From Octopus sinensis (lineage: Eukaryota): DNA of 64,000 bases. The notes under the pieces were generated by a model that worked only from the letters and a program-made list of their open reading frames with translations, did not search any database and was not told the origin of the DNA. Where the stretch lies: contig NC_042998.1 in the NCBI RefSeq assembly GCF_006345805.1, positions 22,196,001 through 22,260,000 on the forward strand, written 5' to 3'. Positions 23,619 to 37,656 of the stretch are shown here, piece by piece (positions within the stretch are counted from its first letter, which is position 1; every line of letters starts with the position of its first letter). A program made the position numbers and the translations under genes.

Positions 23619-25439
23619 GTGTGTGTGTATGTTTTTATATGTGCTGATGGACAAGGACAACTGCATAAAGAAGTGCTCATTATTTTGTAACTTAAGATTA
23701 ATCATAAGCTTTCAATGAGTTATTACTTTGCTGTTTTGTATCTTAAGAATAATGTAAAGCATTATTATTATTATTATTATTAGTTATAACATTATACATT
23801 TAGATTTATTTTAAGCTTTGATATAAGTTATTAATTGGAGCTTAAGAGTAAGCTACAAATATTAGTTCTTACTTTACCTGTTATGATCAGTCTTAAGGTT
23901 TGATATAAGTTATTGCTTAGTAGTTTAAGATTAATCTTAAGCACAGATATTAGCTATTGCCTTGTATCTTATGATTAACTGTGTATCCTTTGAGTAATAT
24001 CTATTTCTTTATTGCCCAAAGGGAGCTTAACATAGAGGGGAAAAACAAGGACAGGATTAAATCAATTACATCGACCCCAGTGCGTAACTGGTATTTATTT
24101 AATCGACCCCAAAAGGATGAAAGGCAAAGTCGACCTTGGTGGAATTTGAGCTCAGAATGTAATGGTAGACGAAATACTGCTAAGCATTTCGCCCGGTGTG
24201 CTAACAATTCTGCCAGCTCTCTGCCCTTAAAATATCAATGAAGGAAATATTGGTTTCCAATTTTGGCACAAGGCCAGCAAGAGGGAACAGCATAAGTTGA
24301 TTACATCAAAGCTGGTGCTTAAACTTGTTCATAATTTATTGACCCCCTGAAAGGGATGAAAGGCGAAGTCAACTTCAGCAGAATTTGAACTCAGATTGAA
24401 AAATCGGAAGAAATTCTACTGAGCTTTTTATCTGGCACCATAATGCTTCTGCTAGCTTGCCACCTTTATTAGCTTCTATAATATTATCAAGCTTTGACAA
24501 TGGTTGTTAATTTATGTCTTAAGTTTTAACAAAATGCCATAAGTACTTTGTCTTGACATTCTAACTATTCTGTTTGGCCGCTATCTTCATGGTACATCTT
24601 ATTTTATATATCAAAGTTTTCTCTCGAACATTTACAGTTTGGTCATTCTGTATCGCTAACAGAATGGAATATCTTTAATCACGATATAAATGTATGTATA
24701 TATTGATGTCCTTCGAAACAAATCTAGATAGCATAAATATGCTATCCAGATTTGCTTTGAAGTAGTTTTGGCAGTTAGAAACTTAAAGAAATCCAAAGAA
24801 AGGGATACAGAGCACAAGATCAGCGTTTGGCAGATTAAAATTTTAGATTCCAAATTTAATCTGATGTAACAGGAGCTAAATAAGTCTTTTACTTACACAA
24901 ACAATTTACGGATGTTTTCAAGTACCGACTGTGAAGAACTGATAACAGATAATTGATTGAAACTTGGAAGTACATCACACGACAAAATTATGTATATATA
25001 TTCTGTGTTTAAGAGCAAATTCAGGATTGTTACTTCAAACCAGAGCTTGGAGAATATGTCGACAAGAATCCAATTTGTTTATGCTTTGTCCCTTCTTAAT
25101 CCCTACACTATTTGTTGTCTTCTATAATTTTTCTAGCTTATTTATTGCCAAATCCTGATCCCCTTACAATACTTAAAAAAAATATTTCATGCTAATAACT
25201 AAACGTGGGACCTAATAAAATCATTAATGCTTTATCATTCAGATTTCTCTGTCAAATATAATGTTTATTTATCAATATTCTTTTAAATTAATCTGGCATA
25301 GGATTAAGCTACTTATATTGGGGGGGGGATCATTTGTGACTCCAAGAGTCAAAATGGGTCCTTTGGCCAAAATGGGTTGAGAACCTTTGATCTAAATTAA
25401 ACCATCACCAGTTTCACCATTTAACATCTGTTTGTTGTT

Positions 25440-25485
25440 AACACAATGTTTCGGCTGATATACCCTCCAGCCTTCATCAGGTGTC
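25440..25485 (-). ncRNA. Minimal hammerhead motif downstream of a PLE endonuclease remnant
   Basis: Minus strand reads gacac-CTGATGA-a-GGCTG-gagggtatat-CAGCC-GAA-acat-t-gtgtt: 5-bp stems I and II. Stem III ACAT is one transition from the palindrome ACGT. Confidence 0.65.
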
Positions 25486-25639
25486 TTCGGGAAATTTCGA
25501 ACCTGGGTTCTCATTCCTAAGGGGTTTTTCGATGTTATTATTATTATTCAGGTCACTGCCTGGAATTGAACTCAGAATCTTGAGGTTAGTAGTCCACACC
25601 CTTAATCACTATGCCTTACACTCGTGGGTAATTATGGAG

Positions 25640-25995
25640 TGAATTTTAGGGCTTATAAATTAATCTTTTTGTATCCTTCCTCAATACCGGTTCCCATATG
25701 CTGTTCATATCTGCACTCGGTCTGCTTAGCAGGTTGTTGTGTCCTAGCATATGTGCTGCTTCTTTTAGTTTCTGTATTTTCCAGTGCTGTTCTCTGTCTA
25801 TTATCTTAACTTCATCCCACATAGGGAGATGGTCTCCATTTTTCCATAAATGATCAACTATACCCGATTTATCAATATCTCCCCCCGTGTCACAGCTTTG
25901 CGATGTTCCTCTACCCTTATTTTGAGCGGGATGGCATGTTTCGCCTTTGTATAACCTACCACAGCTGCATGGGATGGAGTACACGCAATTTTTGG
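25640..25995 (-). mobile_element. Penelope-like element GIY-YIG endonuclease remnant
   Basis: ORF 25646-25999: CVYSIPCSCGRLYKGET...KSGIVDHLW...HLPMWDEVKIIDRE.HW...KLKEAAH, the PLE GIY-YIG C-terminal pattern. A frameshift follows GET. Confidence 0.85.
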
Positions 25996-27309
25996 TCATA
26001 TTCTCTTCTATTGGTGGTTTTACTCAAAGGAGAGAGAAAGAGAAAAAAAGAAATGGCAACAGACATGTTCCCAAATTTCCTGATTCTCCCATCATCATCT
26101 CTTTCTCATCGTTGCCTCTTTCATTCTATATACTTTCATTCCTTCATTTTCTCTTGTCTTTTTGTATCTGAGTGTGTGTGTGTACATCATCATCATCATC
26201 ATTTAACGTCCGTTTTCCATGCTAGCATGGGTTGGACGGTTCGACCGGGGATCTGGGAAGCCAGAAGGCTGCACCAGGCTCCAGTCTTATCTGACAATGT
26301 TTCTACAGCTGGATGCCCTTCCTAACGCCAACCACTCCGTGAGTGTAGTGGGTGCTTTTTACGTGCCACCTGCACAGGTGCCAGGCGAGGCTGGCAATGG
26401 CCACGGTCAGATTGGTGTATTTTACGTGCCACCGGCATGGAAGCCAGTCGAGGCGGCGCTAGCATCGGCCATATATATATTGCATATATATATATATATA
26501 AGTATAGCAAAAATTTAGATTCGAATGAATATGGTACCTAATTTAGATGCACCAAAATTTTGTATGGTGTTATCCATAAAAATTTGCGGGGTGATTATAA
26601 TAAAAAATAAGCAACAAGAATGACTCCGGTAATTTGGTACAATTGTTTCGCACTACATCATTTTATTAAAAATTGTAAGTATTACAACAGATTTAAGAAG
26701 CTGAGTGCTCATCAGCCAATTATAGAGGTTTTCCATTAATATAAGTATATGTATATATACACACACATACGCACATGTGTGAGTGGACAGATGAAAGAGA
26801 AAGGCACTCAACCCATTTTGTAGGAGTTACATGTATTTAAAGCAGTTTGGTTCAGCTGTCAAACTGTCTTTAATAATAATAACAGCATATCTGTGTATAT
26901 ATATATGTATGTATATATATAATGATTGTCTCTTCCTTGTCTTTCAATGTCCTCTTATCTTCTTTTCTTTACATTTTCTTTTTCTTTCCACATCTTCCAC
27001 ATTTGATCAACCATTCTACAGACACACACACACACACATGCATGCACTCACACTTGCTCTCATACCACTTCCACTACCCCCTAATTGCACCTCTCCTCCC
27101 ACCCATAATATCTGCCGCTTCCCCACCTCCCCCAACACACCTACCGGATCAACAAACTAAATTTCATTCTTCCTAATCTGAAAGTTATAAAAAATGGATA
27201 AACAGCAACAGACTTGCCATTTTCTTCGCTTAAATCCTACACCGTCTCTTCTTACCTGCCTTACCAAACACCCCCCACCCCACTGTCCCCTATTTCACCA
27301 TCCACCACT

Positions 27310-28450
27310 TACAACCACCACCACCACCACCACCACCACTACCATCACCACCACCAACACCACCATTAGCACAATTACCATCACCACCACCACCGTCCCC
27401 ATCATCGCCACCACTAACACCACCTACATTCCACCACCATCACAACGACTAACATCACCACCACCACCCTCGTCATCACAACCATCACCAGTGCCACTAA
27501 CATCACCTACATTCCACCACCATCACAACGACCAACATCACTGCCACCATCCTCGTCATCACAACCATCAACACCATTAGCACAATCACCAGCACCACTA
27601 ACAACACCTACATTCCACTGCTACTACAACCACCACCCCCACAGCCATCAACATCAACACCACCACCACCACTACTACATCACCACCACCACAATTACCA
27701 CCATCACCACCACCACCGTCCCCATCATCGCCACCACTAACAACACCTACATTCCACCGCTACTACAACCACCACCCCCACAGCCATCAACATCAACACC
27801 ACCACCACCACTACCATCACCACCACCACCATTACCACCATCACCACCACCACCGTCCCCATCATCGCCACCACTAACATCACCTACATTCCACCACCAT
27901 CACAACGACAACATCACTGCCACCATCCTCGTCATCACAACCATCACCAGTGCCACTAACAACACCTACATTCCACCACTACTACAACCACCACCCACAC
28001 AGCCATCAACACCACCACCCACACAGCCATCAACACCACCACCACCACTATTAGCACCACTACCATCACCACCATTAGCACAATTACCACCATCACCCCC
28101 ACTGCCTCCATCATCGCCACCACTAACATCACCTACATTCCACCACCATCACAACGACCAACATCACTGCCACCATCCTCGTCATCACAACCATCAACAC
28201 AACTAACAACACCTACATTCCACCACTACTACAACCACCACCCCCACAGCCATCACCACCACCACCATTAGCACAATTACCGCCATCACCCCCCCCCACC
28301 ATCATCGCCACCACTAACATCACCTACTTCCACCACCATCACAACGACCAACATCACCGCCACCACAACCATCAGCACCACTAACAACACCTACATTCCA
28401 CCACCACCCCCACAGCCATCAACACCACCACCACCACCACTACCAACGCC
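27310..28450. repeat. (ACC)n-derived imperfect minisatellite with recurring cctacattccac blocks
   Basis: Direct reading; frames shift between Thr-, Pro- and His-rich with stops. Confidence 0.9.
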
Positions 28451-30823
28451 ACTGTTATGCTAGAAGCAGCAATCTTAATGCTAGCAATCCCTTAATATTC
28501 TTATCTTTGGCACAGAAGCATTTTTAAAGTGCTTCAACAGCTACAACAACAACAGCAACAACAACAGCAGTAGAAGCTGCTGCTGCTGCTCCTACTACTA
28601 CTACTGTTGTATCATGGTAACCATGGGATGCAAGTGTGGATGTGTGGTTAAGAAATCCGCTTCACTGTCACAGTGTTCTGAGGTTCAATTCCACTACACC
28701 TCACCTTGGATGAATGTCTTGCACGTGACCACACAGCAGAGCCATGCGTGACTCATGCAAGCTTCTATTAACAAGAGAAGTGTCACGAATCAGACAGGTA
28801 CCTATATGTTCATTTCTACTCTAGGTGCAAGGCCCGAAATTTTTGAGGAGAGGGCCAGTTGATTAGATCGACCCCAGTACACAACTGGTACTTAGTTTAT
28901 CAACCCCAAAAGGATGAAAGGCAAAGTTGGCCTCAGCGGAATTTGAACTCACAACATAACGGCAGACGAAATACCACTAAGCATTTTGCCCGGTGTGCCA
29001 ACATTTCTGCCGGCTTGCCACCTTAATTTGGTGGGAGGGCGTCAGTAGATTAGTTCGACTCCAGTACATAACTGGATCTTATTTAATCGACCCCAAAAGG
29101 ATGAAAGGCAAAGACGACCTCGGCGGAATTTGAACTCAGAACATAAAGGCAGATGAAATACCAATTTCTTTACTACCCACAAGGGGCTAAACACAGAGAG
29201 GACAAACAAACGGATTAAGTCGATTATATCGACCCCAGTGTTAACTGGTACTTATTTAATCAACCCCAAAAGGATGAAAGGCAAAGTCGACCTCGGTGGA
29301 ATTTTAACTCAGAACGTAACGGCAGACGAAATGCCGCTAAGCATTTCGGCTGGCGTGCTAACGTTTCTGCCAGCTCGCTGCCTTTCCCTCCTATTTCTAG
29401 CAGATGACACCTTTGCATCACTCGAGCAACAACCCTCCAACTCTTGGGTCTGTTTGGGTGGTCATTGTTGGTGAAGGTTTTACGAGGCTGGAGTGCAATA
29501 CCCACCACAACCTCTTTTAGTTGTATTTTATGGCCTGCAAGACATGCCAATCCCCATAATGCCATTCTCAAAATAATCAATCACATGAGTAAAATCTTGA
29601 AGTTACAAGATAATGCAAGATTAATTCAAAGCAATGTGAATAAATAAGAATTACCTTTGACAGAGTAATCTGAATGTTAAAGGTTTAAATTAAAATCTTT
29701 CGTTAAAATCTCACATTAATTTATGTTTCAAGCACTTTATTAATGAACAAATGATTTCAATAAATTCTTCATTATTTTCAAAATTAGTTGGAACAATGGC
29801 AGATATTTCGACAAAAATATCGGTGTCTTTCACAAAGTTTACTCTGTTGCAGACATTCAAGTCAAGGTCTCTTGTTTTCAAGACCATTTCTTCCTTTATT
29901 TCTGCTAGTCTTGGGGGCCCTGTGAAAGAATCACGAGTACAACAATCCTTTCTGATTAAAACATAGAAAATAATTTTAAGGTATTCTGAAAAAAGTAGTT
30001 GAAAATTTCGACAAAAATATTGGTGTCTTTCACAAAGTTTACTCTGTTGCAGACAGTTAAGTCAGGTCTCTTGTTTTCAGGACCCTTTCTTCCTGATTAA
30101 AACATAGAAAATAATTTTAAGGTATTCTGAAAAAAGTAGTCGAAAATTTCCTTCAAAAATCATAATCTATCTTTCTCAAAAATCAAACCAACATTGAGTA
30201 ATGTAAAAACATAGATGCATGGTGTTTGGAAAATGGTAAAAAGCAAAAATAAAAAAAATATAAAAACAAGAATAAAAAATAAAATGGGAGCATCACAGCT
30301 GGAATGTATTTGATCATAGATTTACTGAATTAGGGCTGACATGTGACTCAATAAAAAATAATAATAATAACGACCAGTAACCAATGCAAGGAAGCAATTT
30401 TTGCAGAATAACTATAGGATTGCTGATTGCCTACATAAAACCACAGACGTAAAAGTAGATTACAACATATAATTTGGTAAAGGAATCAAAAACAAACAAC
30501 CCCAAACACCAGAAAAGAGAAAAAAACAAAATGGAGATTTTAATGTAAATTGTAATGATTTTTTTTTTTTTCCCTCAGACAAAATACATATATATATTGT
30601 ATTGTTCAAAGCCATTTTCCATTGGGATGGCATCTGGAGCCAAATATTTGAATTTTCTAACAGAATAATATATGTAGATGAATGGTAGTTTTGAGAATGT
30701 TTAAGACGTTGGAATCTGACTTATCAAAACTTATTAGACTTTCAGCTCATTACATCAGCTTATATGTCACTTGAAGTTTTACTCACAAACTTCCATTTTC
30801 AATTTTCTCTTTTTCTTTCTAAA

Positions 30824-30856
<33 letters not shown>

Positions 30857-31304
30857 AATGTATGTATATAAAATAATATATATATAAATATATGTACTTT
30901 ACACACGTGTGCATGCACACACTCACACACATACATATTATACATATACGTGAAGAGAGAGAATTATTCTCTCTCTCTCTATATATATATATGTGTGTGT
31001 GTGTGTTTTGCAATAGATTTTCTACAGAAGTCAGAACCAGCAATGCAAGTCACAACATTTCCTAAACGAATACATCTTTCTCTCTCTTTCACTCACACTC
31101 AATCTCTCTTTCTCTCACTGGTCAAAGCATCCAATCCATGCCATCATGGACAAGGGACATTATATAATGATGATTATATATATATATATATATATGCACA
31201 TATGTGTACATATGTGTGTATATATCTATATATATATATATATACACACACACATATATATATATACACACATATGTATATTTATATATATACATACATA
31301 TGTA

Positions 31305-31348
<44 letters not shown>

Positions 31349-31379
31349 GTGTTTATATATAAATGTATCTTTGCATGTA

Positions 31380-31426
<47 letters not shown>

Positions 31427-31457
31427 GTGTTTATATTTAAATGTATCTTTGCATGTA

Positions 31458-31489
<32 letters not shown>

Positions 31490-31552
31490 CACACGTACAT
31501 ACAGTCAAACACTCATTCACTTGTCTCCTTCTCTCTCTCTCTCTCTTTACAG

Positions 31553-31616
31553 ACAGGAAATGATGGAATGGGTACGAATATTGGAGAAGACACTGAGTTC
31601 TTTGGGCTTAATTCAG
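31553..31616 (+). CDS. PLEKHS1-like: 64-nt exon 2; PH domain C-terminal helix
   Basis: (CT)n-tttacAG acceptor at 31551-52, GTgaga donor at 31617. AG+A completes Arg, then [21 protein letters not shown], the typical E..EW...L PH helix. Phases 2/0 fit both neighbours. Confidence 0.88.
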
Positions 31617-31738
31617 GTGAGACTCAATTGATATTACACACACATGCTTATACATGTGTGCATACACTTACATACATGCATTCACACACACACACACATG
31701 CTTATATATATGTGTGCATACATATACAGACATGCATT

Positions 31739-31814
<76 letters not shown>

Positions 31815-32742
31815 GACATGCACTCCTACACATATTTTTTGCATTTATGCATTCAAACATGTCCACATACACAGATGAACAGGCATGTGCATACGCATAC
31901 TTACTAACATACACTTACAGACACACACACATACATACACTATTACATATGTATATATATATATATATATACATACATACATATATACATATACATGCAT
32001 CAGCATATAAACGTGTGTATAAAAACGTATGAATGTATACATGTATGATTCATACAGGTAGCATACACATGCATGTGCACACATGCACACAGACACAGAT
32101 GATGCATACATGCATATCTGCATACAGACGAAAGCATTCTCTGGAGGACTCCGAAAACTAAAGGTGTGTTCACTCAACTGTGAAAGAATTATATGTAAAT
32201 GTAAATATTACAGTAAAAAGTCCATAGGTCAGATGAAAAATATTATTATTGGAACTGTAATTCGTTAAGTCAAGCGGATTATACAATTACTGTACGAGCA
32301 TTAAAGAAGAAGAAGAGAGGGAGAGAGAGTAGTGGGGGGGGGTTTACATCGACATAAATGTATGCAATTCAGAATAAATTCTTCTATATGAAACAGCAGC
32401 AACATATTAAACAGGTGGCGGCGTTGTCGAAATCGGTCTATGGTTCTGTAGTGTAGGAATTTGGTTTTTTAGATTAGGCTTTTTTTAGATTTATATTTAT
32501 GTTGTTGTTGTTGTTGTTGTTGTTTTATCTGCTGGTGTTGTGGTGGTGGTGGTTGTTGTTATTGTTGTTTGGCATTAAGTCCACTTTTGAGTTCTTTGGA
32601 TGTGTGGTAAGAAGCATCCTTCCTAATTAACTGCATGGTTCTGGGTTCAGTCCTACCTTGGGCAAGTGTTTTCTATTATAGCCTCAGGCCAACCAAAGCC
32701 TTGTGAGTGGATTTGGTAGACGGAAAATGAAAGAAGCCCATC

Positions 32743-32779
<37 letters not shown>

Positions 32780-35058
32780 GTATATATGTATGTGCGTGTG
32801 TATATGTTTATGTGTCTGTGTTTGTCCCCCAACATCGCTTGACAACCGATGCTGGTGTGTTTACGTCCCTGTAAATTAGCGGTTCGGCAAAAGAGACCAA
32901 TAGAATAAGTACTAGGCTGACAAAGAATAAGTCCCGGGATCGATTTGCTCGACTAAAGGCGGTGCTCCAGCATGGCCGCAGTCAAATGACTGAAACAAGT
33001 AAAAGAGTATATATATAATGCTGCAATTAGCTGTCATTACTGACAGCACGTGGTCAGCTAGTACTAAATAATACTGTAAGACGTTTAGCTCGGTATTATA
33101 ATATTTCTGTCAACCCTTTGCTCTCAATGATTTTAAAACATTAAAGAACTGATTACCAAAATCACACAATACCATCATCACATTTACATACGATATACAA
33201 TGGAGATGTATAACTTAGTCTCAAGTTGGTGTCGGGAATTTTGCGGATGGGGAAAACCGAATTGATTAAGATTGACTCTTCAGTTTCTATCTGGCACCTA
33301 TTTTATGAAACCCAGAAAAACGAAAGGCTAAGTCAGTTTTGACAGAGTTCAAACTCATCTTGGAAAGAGAAAAAAAGATATGATTACACCGAGCAAAAGT
33401 AGTTCGTCCATCGCTCTATATTATCCCTACCACTACCTTTGAATATAATATATTATTAGTATTGCAGTCACTGACATCCTATAATTATGGAAAGCTACAC
33501 GTAATATCTTAAGATAATTCAGATTCTAGCCATTATTCTGTTTCATCTGGGAGGCCAGCAGCTTAACCTCTAATTCTTTCAAGACCAATAAGAATGTATT
33601 CGATCGATCAACCATATAACTCATCTAAGTAAATAAATAAATAAAAGAAAGACAGAAAGAAAGAAAGAAAAAAAAAAGCAAAGGACATCTTTTGCCTTTT
33701 GAAAGAATTATTCTTGTCCTTTCTTCATCTCTTACTTGTTTGCAGTCATCAGTGTGTGGCCATGCTGGGGCATCACCTTGAAGGATTTTTTAATTGAACG
33801 AATCGACCCCATGAATTAGTATTTTTTAAAGCCTGGTAGTTATTCTATCAGTCTTGTTTGCTGAACTGCTAAGTTATGGGGGATGTAAGCACACCAACAC
33901 CAGTTGTCAAGTGGAGGGTGGGAGACAAACTCAGACATAAATACACACACACTCACACATGTACAATGGGATTTTTCGGTTTCCGTCAACCAAATCCACT
34001 CACAAGGCTTTGGTCATCCTAGGGCTATAGTAGAAGACACTTGCTCAATGTGCCACACAGTGGGACTGAACCCAGAACCACATGGTTTGGAAGCAAGCTT
34101 CTTACCACACAGCCAAGCCTGCAAGTCCTACTTTACAAATATGGATACTAATCATAATAAAGTTAATATTACCTTTGATATTTCAGAGATTAATTAATCA
34201 TGTATTAGTAATATATCATAATTGATTCAATTAATTATGACCCGGACAATAAAAAAAAATCTATCTTTAACTTCTGTTGTGTCTGGGGAGAGTCCTCTCT
34301 TAGCGCCATATAATTTAACACATTCACCAGTAAAATTTCCACCCATTTACTTACTCTTTTATTCAACTCTCTTTTAGTTGTTTCAGTCATGTGACTATGG
34401 CCATGCTGGAGCACCACCTTTTTGTTGAGCAAATCGACACCAGGACTTATTCTTTGCAAACCTAGTACTTATTCTATCGGTCTCTTTTGCCGAACCACTA
34501 AGTTACGGGGACGTAAACACACCAGCGTCGGTTGTCAAGCGATGTTGGGGGGACAAACACAGACACACAAACATATACACACCCACATATGCACACATAT
34601 ATATATATACACACATATATACGATGGGCTTCTTTCAGTTTCCGTCTACCAAATCCCTCACAGTCGCTGGAAACGGAGATCTCCAGGTCCAAATTCTTGA
34701 ACGGCTCCAGTACACTCTTGGAGTGGTTGGCATCAGGAATGACATCCAGCCATAGAAACCAAATCAAAACAGACTGGAACCTGGTGCAGCTTTCTGGCTT
34801 ACTATCTCAAGTCAGACTGTCTAACCCATGCCAGCATGGAAAAACAGATGAAGATGGTGACGATACTGATGATATCATTGGAATCTGGAAGCTATGATTA
34901 ATTCAAAGAATGTGAATAGACAAGATTTACATTTCACAAAGTATTTTGAATGACAAAGGGTTAAAAGTAAAGAATTCTCCAAACTTTTATAAATTAGAGT
35001 TACCGTGTTTTTGCTTTCCTTTGTTATTTTTCTTATATCAATTTGGTTCAATTTTCAG

Positions 35059-37022
35059 GCTGATTCTAAGGAGCATATCTATGTCCTGGATCCTTTGCCA
35101 CCACCAACTCTGCGTAACAAGGAAGAGACACCTCCTTCATCCGTTTCATCCCCCAACAGATACAGCTCTTCCTCGTTGTCCTCCCTGGAACTAAACTTTC
35201 CTGAACACCAACCGCCACCTCCGCCACGTCCCATCGAATTAATCATGGAGTCACTGCCTGCAACCCCACCACGAACTTCCCCGCCTCCAATCTCCACCGT
35301 ACTAACACCGCCTCCACCTCCCCCACTTCTACCACCCACAGGTGCCCCTCCACCACTGCCACTAACAACACCTCCACCACTGACATCACCTCCGCCTCCA
35401 CTGCTGCCTACATCACCATCACCATCATCATCAGTGCCACAGACTCTATCTGCAGCCGCTGCGGCAGCAGTAGTCACCACAAAACTGGCTCCAGGACAAC
35501 ATTTAGACACCAGCATTTCAACAGAATCCCCACCCATTCCATTACGGGAAAATAAACGCAACTTGATGAACAGAAACATCACACACCGGTTCTCCTTTTC
35601 TGATTTTGGTACAGTTCAAACTAACATTCCTTCGACGTCTCATTTGGCGGCGTTACATCCAGAAATAAATAAAAGATCTCTTCGGGTAAAATCTGAAGTT
35701 TATCACAACACACCGCCTTCATATCATTCTGTGGTGTCCCGAGAGAATTCAGAAAGCAATGAAATGGCTTATGTCAGTGACAGAGACAATAATTTTCAAT
35801 GCAGGGAACAAAATGAGAAAACATTTGGTGGATCAAGAGACAGTATAGAAAGCGAGTATTCTTGGGAAGGAGACAACATATATGGCTATACTTGTGATGG
35901 ACGTACTTTGATCCCCAATTCCAAGACCGATCTTGTTTATTCCTACCCAGCTAATTTCAAAGTTTGTGATTTTCAGAAGTATGTCATTCACAGATCTCAA
36001 GAATTAACCACTTCTGATGATAATACTTCATTTCATCAAAAGAAATATTTGAAAAATAGCGCCAATGAAGAAACCAATGCAAATTCTGCTGTGTTACCAT
36101 CGTCTACAAACTTTTTCTCAGATTCTTCACCTTTTAAATGTGCTAGTTCTCCTACGTCACCACAATCGAAAAAATATCATAAACTTTCTTCTCGGGAAAT
36201 GAAAGAAATTGACTCACTGCCATGGTTTCCTGGTTTTGGTGCCAAACCAGACCAAAGCCGTCTTTCATCGTCAATGCTTAGTTCTTCAAGTTCTGGTGTA
36301 AGTTACGAACTTCAGTTAGAGAATGCGGAGCAAAATGCTACAAACATTATAAACAATAATGTGACGTGCACTTCATGCAAACACAGGAATTGTCTTTCTT
36401 CTGCCAATTTCCCAAAGAATGGTATTCATTCAACTTCTAAACCAGAACAAATACTCTACAATAGGGAATTCCTTTCAGAAAACCTTGATCAGTTGAGCTT
36501 AACTCCAAATAACCAAAATTCAAGATATTCAAACAGTAATATGAGCTCAGATGAGGACTTCCACATGCAAAACAGCCAACATGTGCAAAACATCCAACAT
36601 GTGCATAATAGCCAACATGTGCAAAACACTCCACATTCAGCACCTGCAGCTTTACCTCCTCAACCCCAAATCCCTGCTAAACCACCTGTAAATATTCCTC
36701 CTGAGCAACGAGAGCATGAAGATGATACGCCTCCATTACCTCCTCCTCGAATACCCAGACGTAGTGATATCTTTCCTCCTCGGAGACCACCCCGTCCTAA
36801 CAGCTTTGTTCCTAAATCTCGCGATCAGCAAACGGAGAATGATTTAGAAACTGCTTCTTCGGATGAAAGCTTGGACAATGCTCCGAATTTTGTTACAAAT
36901 CTAGCCATGAGTCAAGTCTTACAACTCAAAGAAGAGCTCAAAAAAACAAATGGCTTGACAATTTCTGTATCTCGAACAGATATATATAACATTGCTTTTG
37001 TGGAATATGCTAAGAAAATTTG
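35059..37022 (+). CDS. PLEKHS1-like: 1964-nt exon 3; Pro/Ser/Tyr-rich disordered linker and start of first PDZ-like domain
   Basis: Acceptor ttcaattttcAG at 35057-58, donor tg|GTaagt at 37023. Uninterrupted frame within ORF 35005-37026, with PxxP motifs and ending GLTISVSRTDIYNIAFVEYAKKIW. Confidence 0.92.
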
Positions 37023-37415
37023 GTAAGTTCTCATTCTTTATCATCTTTCAATGTTATATTTTAATTTCTTTCAATAATTTCCATACAGAGTCATTAAATT
37101 AATCTCAAAATTAATTTTTGTGTTTCAAATAATTCTATATATCTATCTAATCTATGTACTCTATCTATGTAAATTATCTATCTATCTATCTAATCTATGT
37201 ACTCTATCTATGTAATCTATCTATCTATCTACATAGAGAGACAGAGAGAAATATAAACATACATACATACACGTATATCTATCTACCTATATATTCCAAA
37301 CTATATATACATACATAAACACAAATACAGTACACCCACACATGCGTACGCTCTCACACACACACACACACATGTTTAAATGTAATCATAGCGATTTCCT
37401 TTTTTTTACTTCCAG

Positions 37416-37656
37416 GGTTGCTGGCTGGAATCAACGAGAATGCCCCAATCTTTACCATATTCTACATGTTGGAGATGAACTTCTCTGCCTGAACAAAGTC
37501 ACTGTAGATTCTATATCTTGGTTAAAATCCCTTATAAAAAAATCAAATCAGTTTGATTTGGAAATCAAAAGAATACCAAAGGGACAATTATATATAATCA
37601 AGAAAGAAGTGGAAGCGCAGTCCCTTGGTATACAGAACGACTCCAAAACTGGGGAA
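37416..37656 (+). CDS. PLEKHS1-like: Exon 4; first PDZ-like domain and start of the second
   Basis: Acceptor tttttacttccAG at 37414-15, donor GTgagt at 37657. VAGWNQRECPNLYHILHVGDELLCLN...DLEIKRIP has the PDZ GD.LL..N motif and resembles, from memory, the vertebrate PLEKHS1 C-terminal ...HGDHLLAVN...LTIGRIP segment. Confidence 0.9.

Noticed and set aside
35005-35058. Hydrophobic signal-peptide-like N-terminus (MFLLSFVIFLISIWFNFQ) of the 673-aa ORF
   Set aside because: The start codon is GTG, and the segment is the translated polypyrimidine tract before the AG at 35057-58. The exon joins in frame to upstream PH exons.
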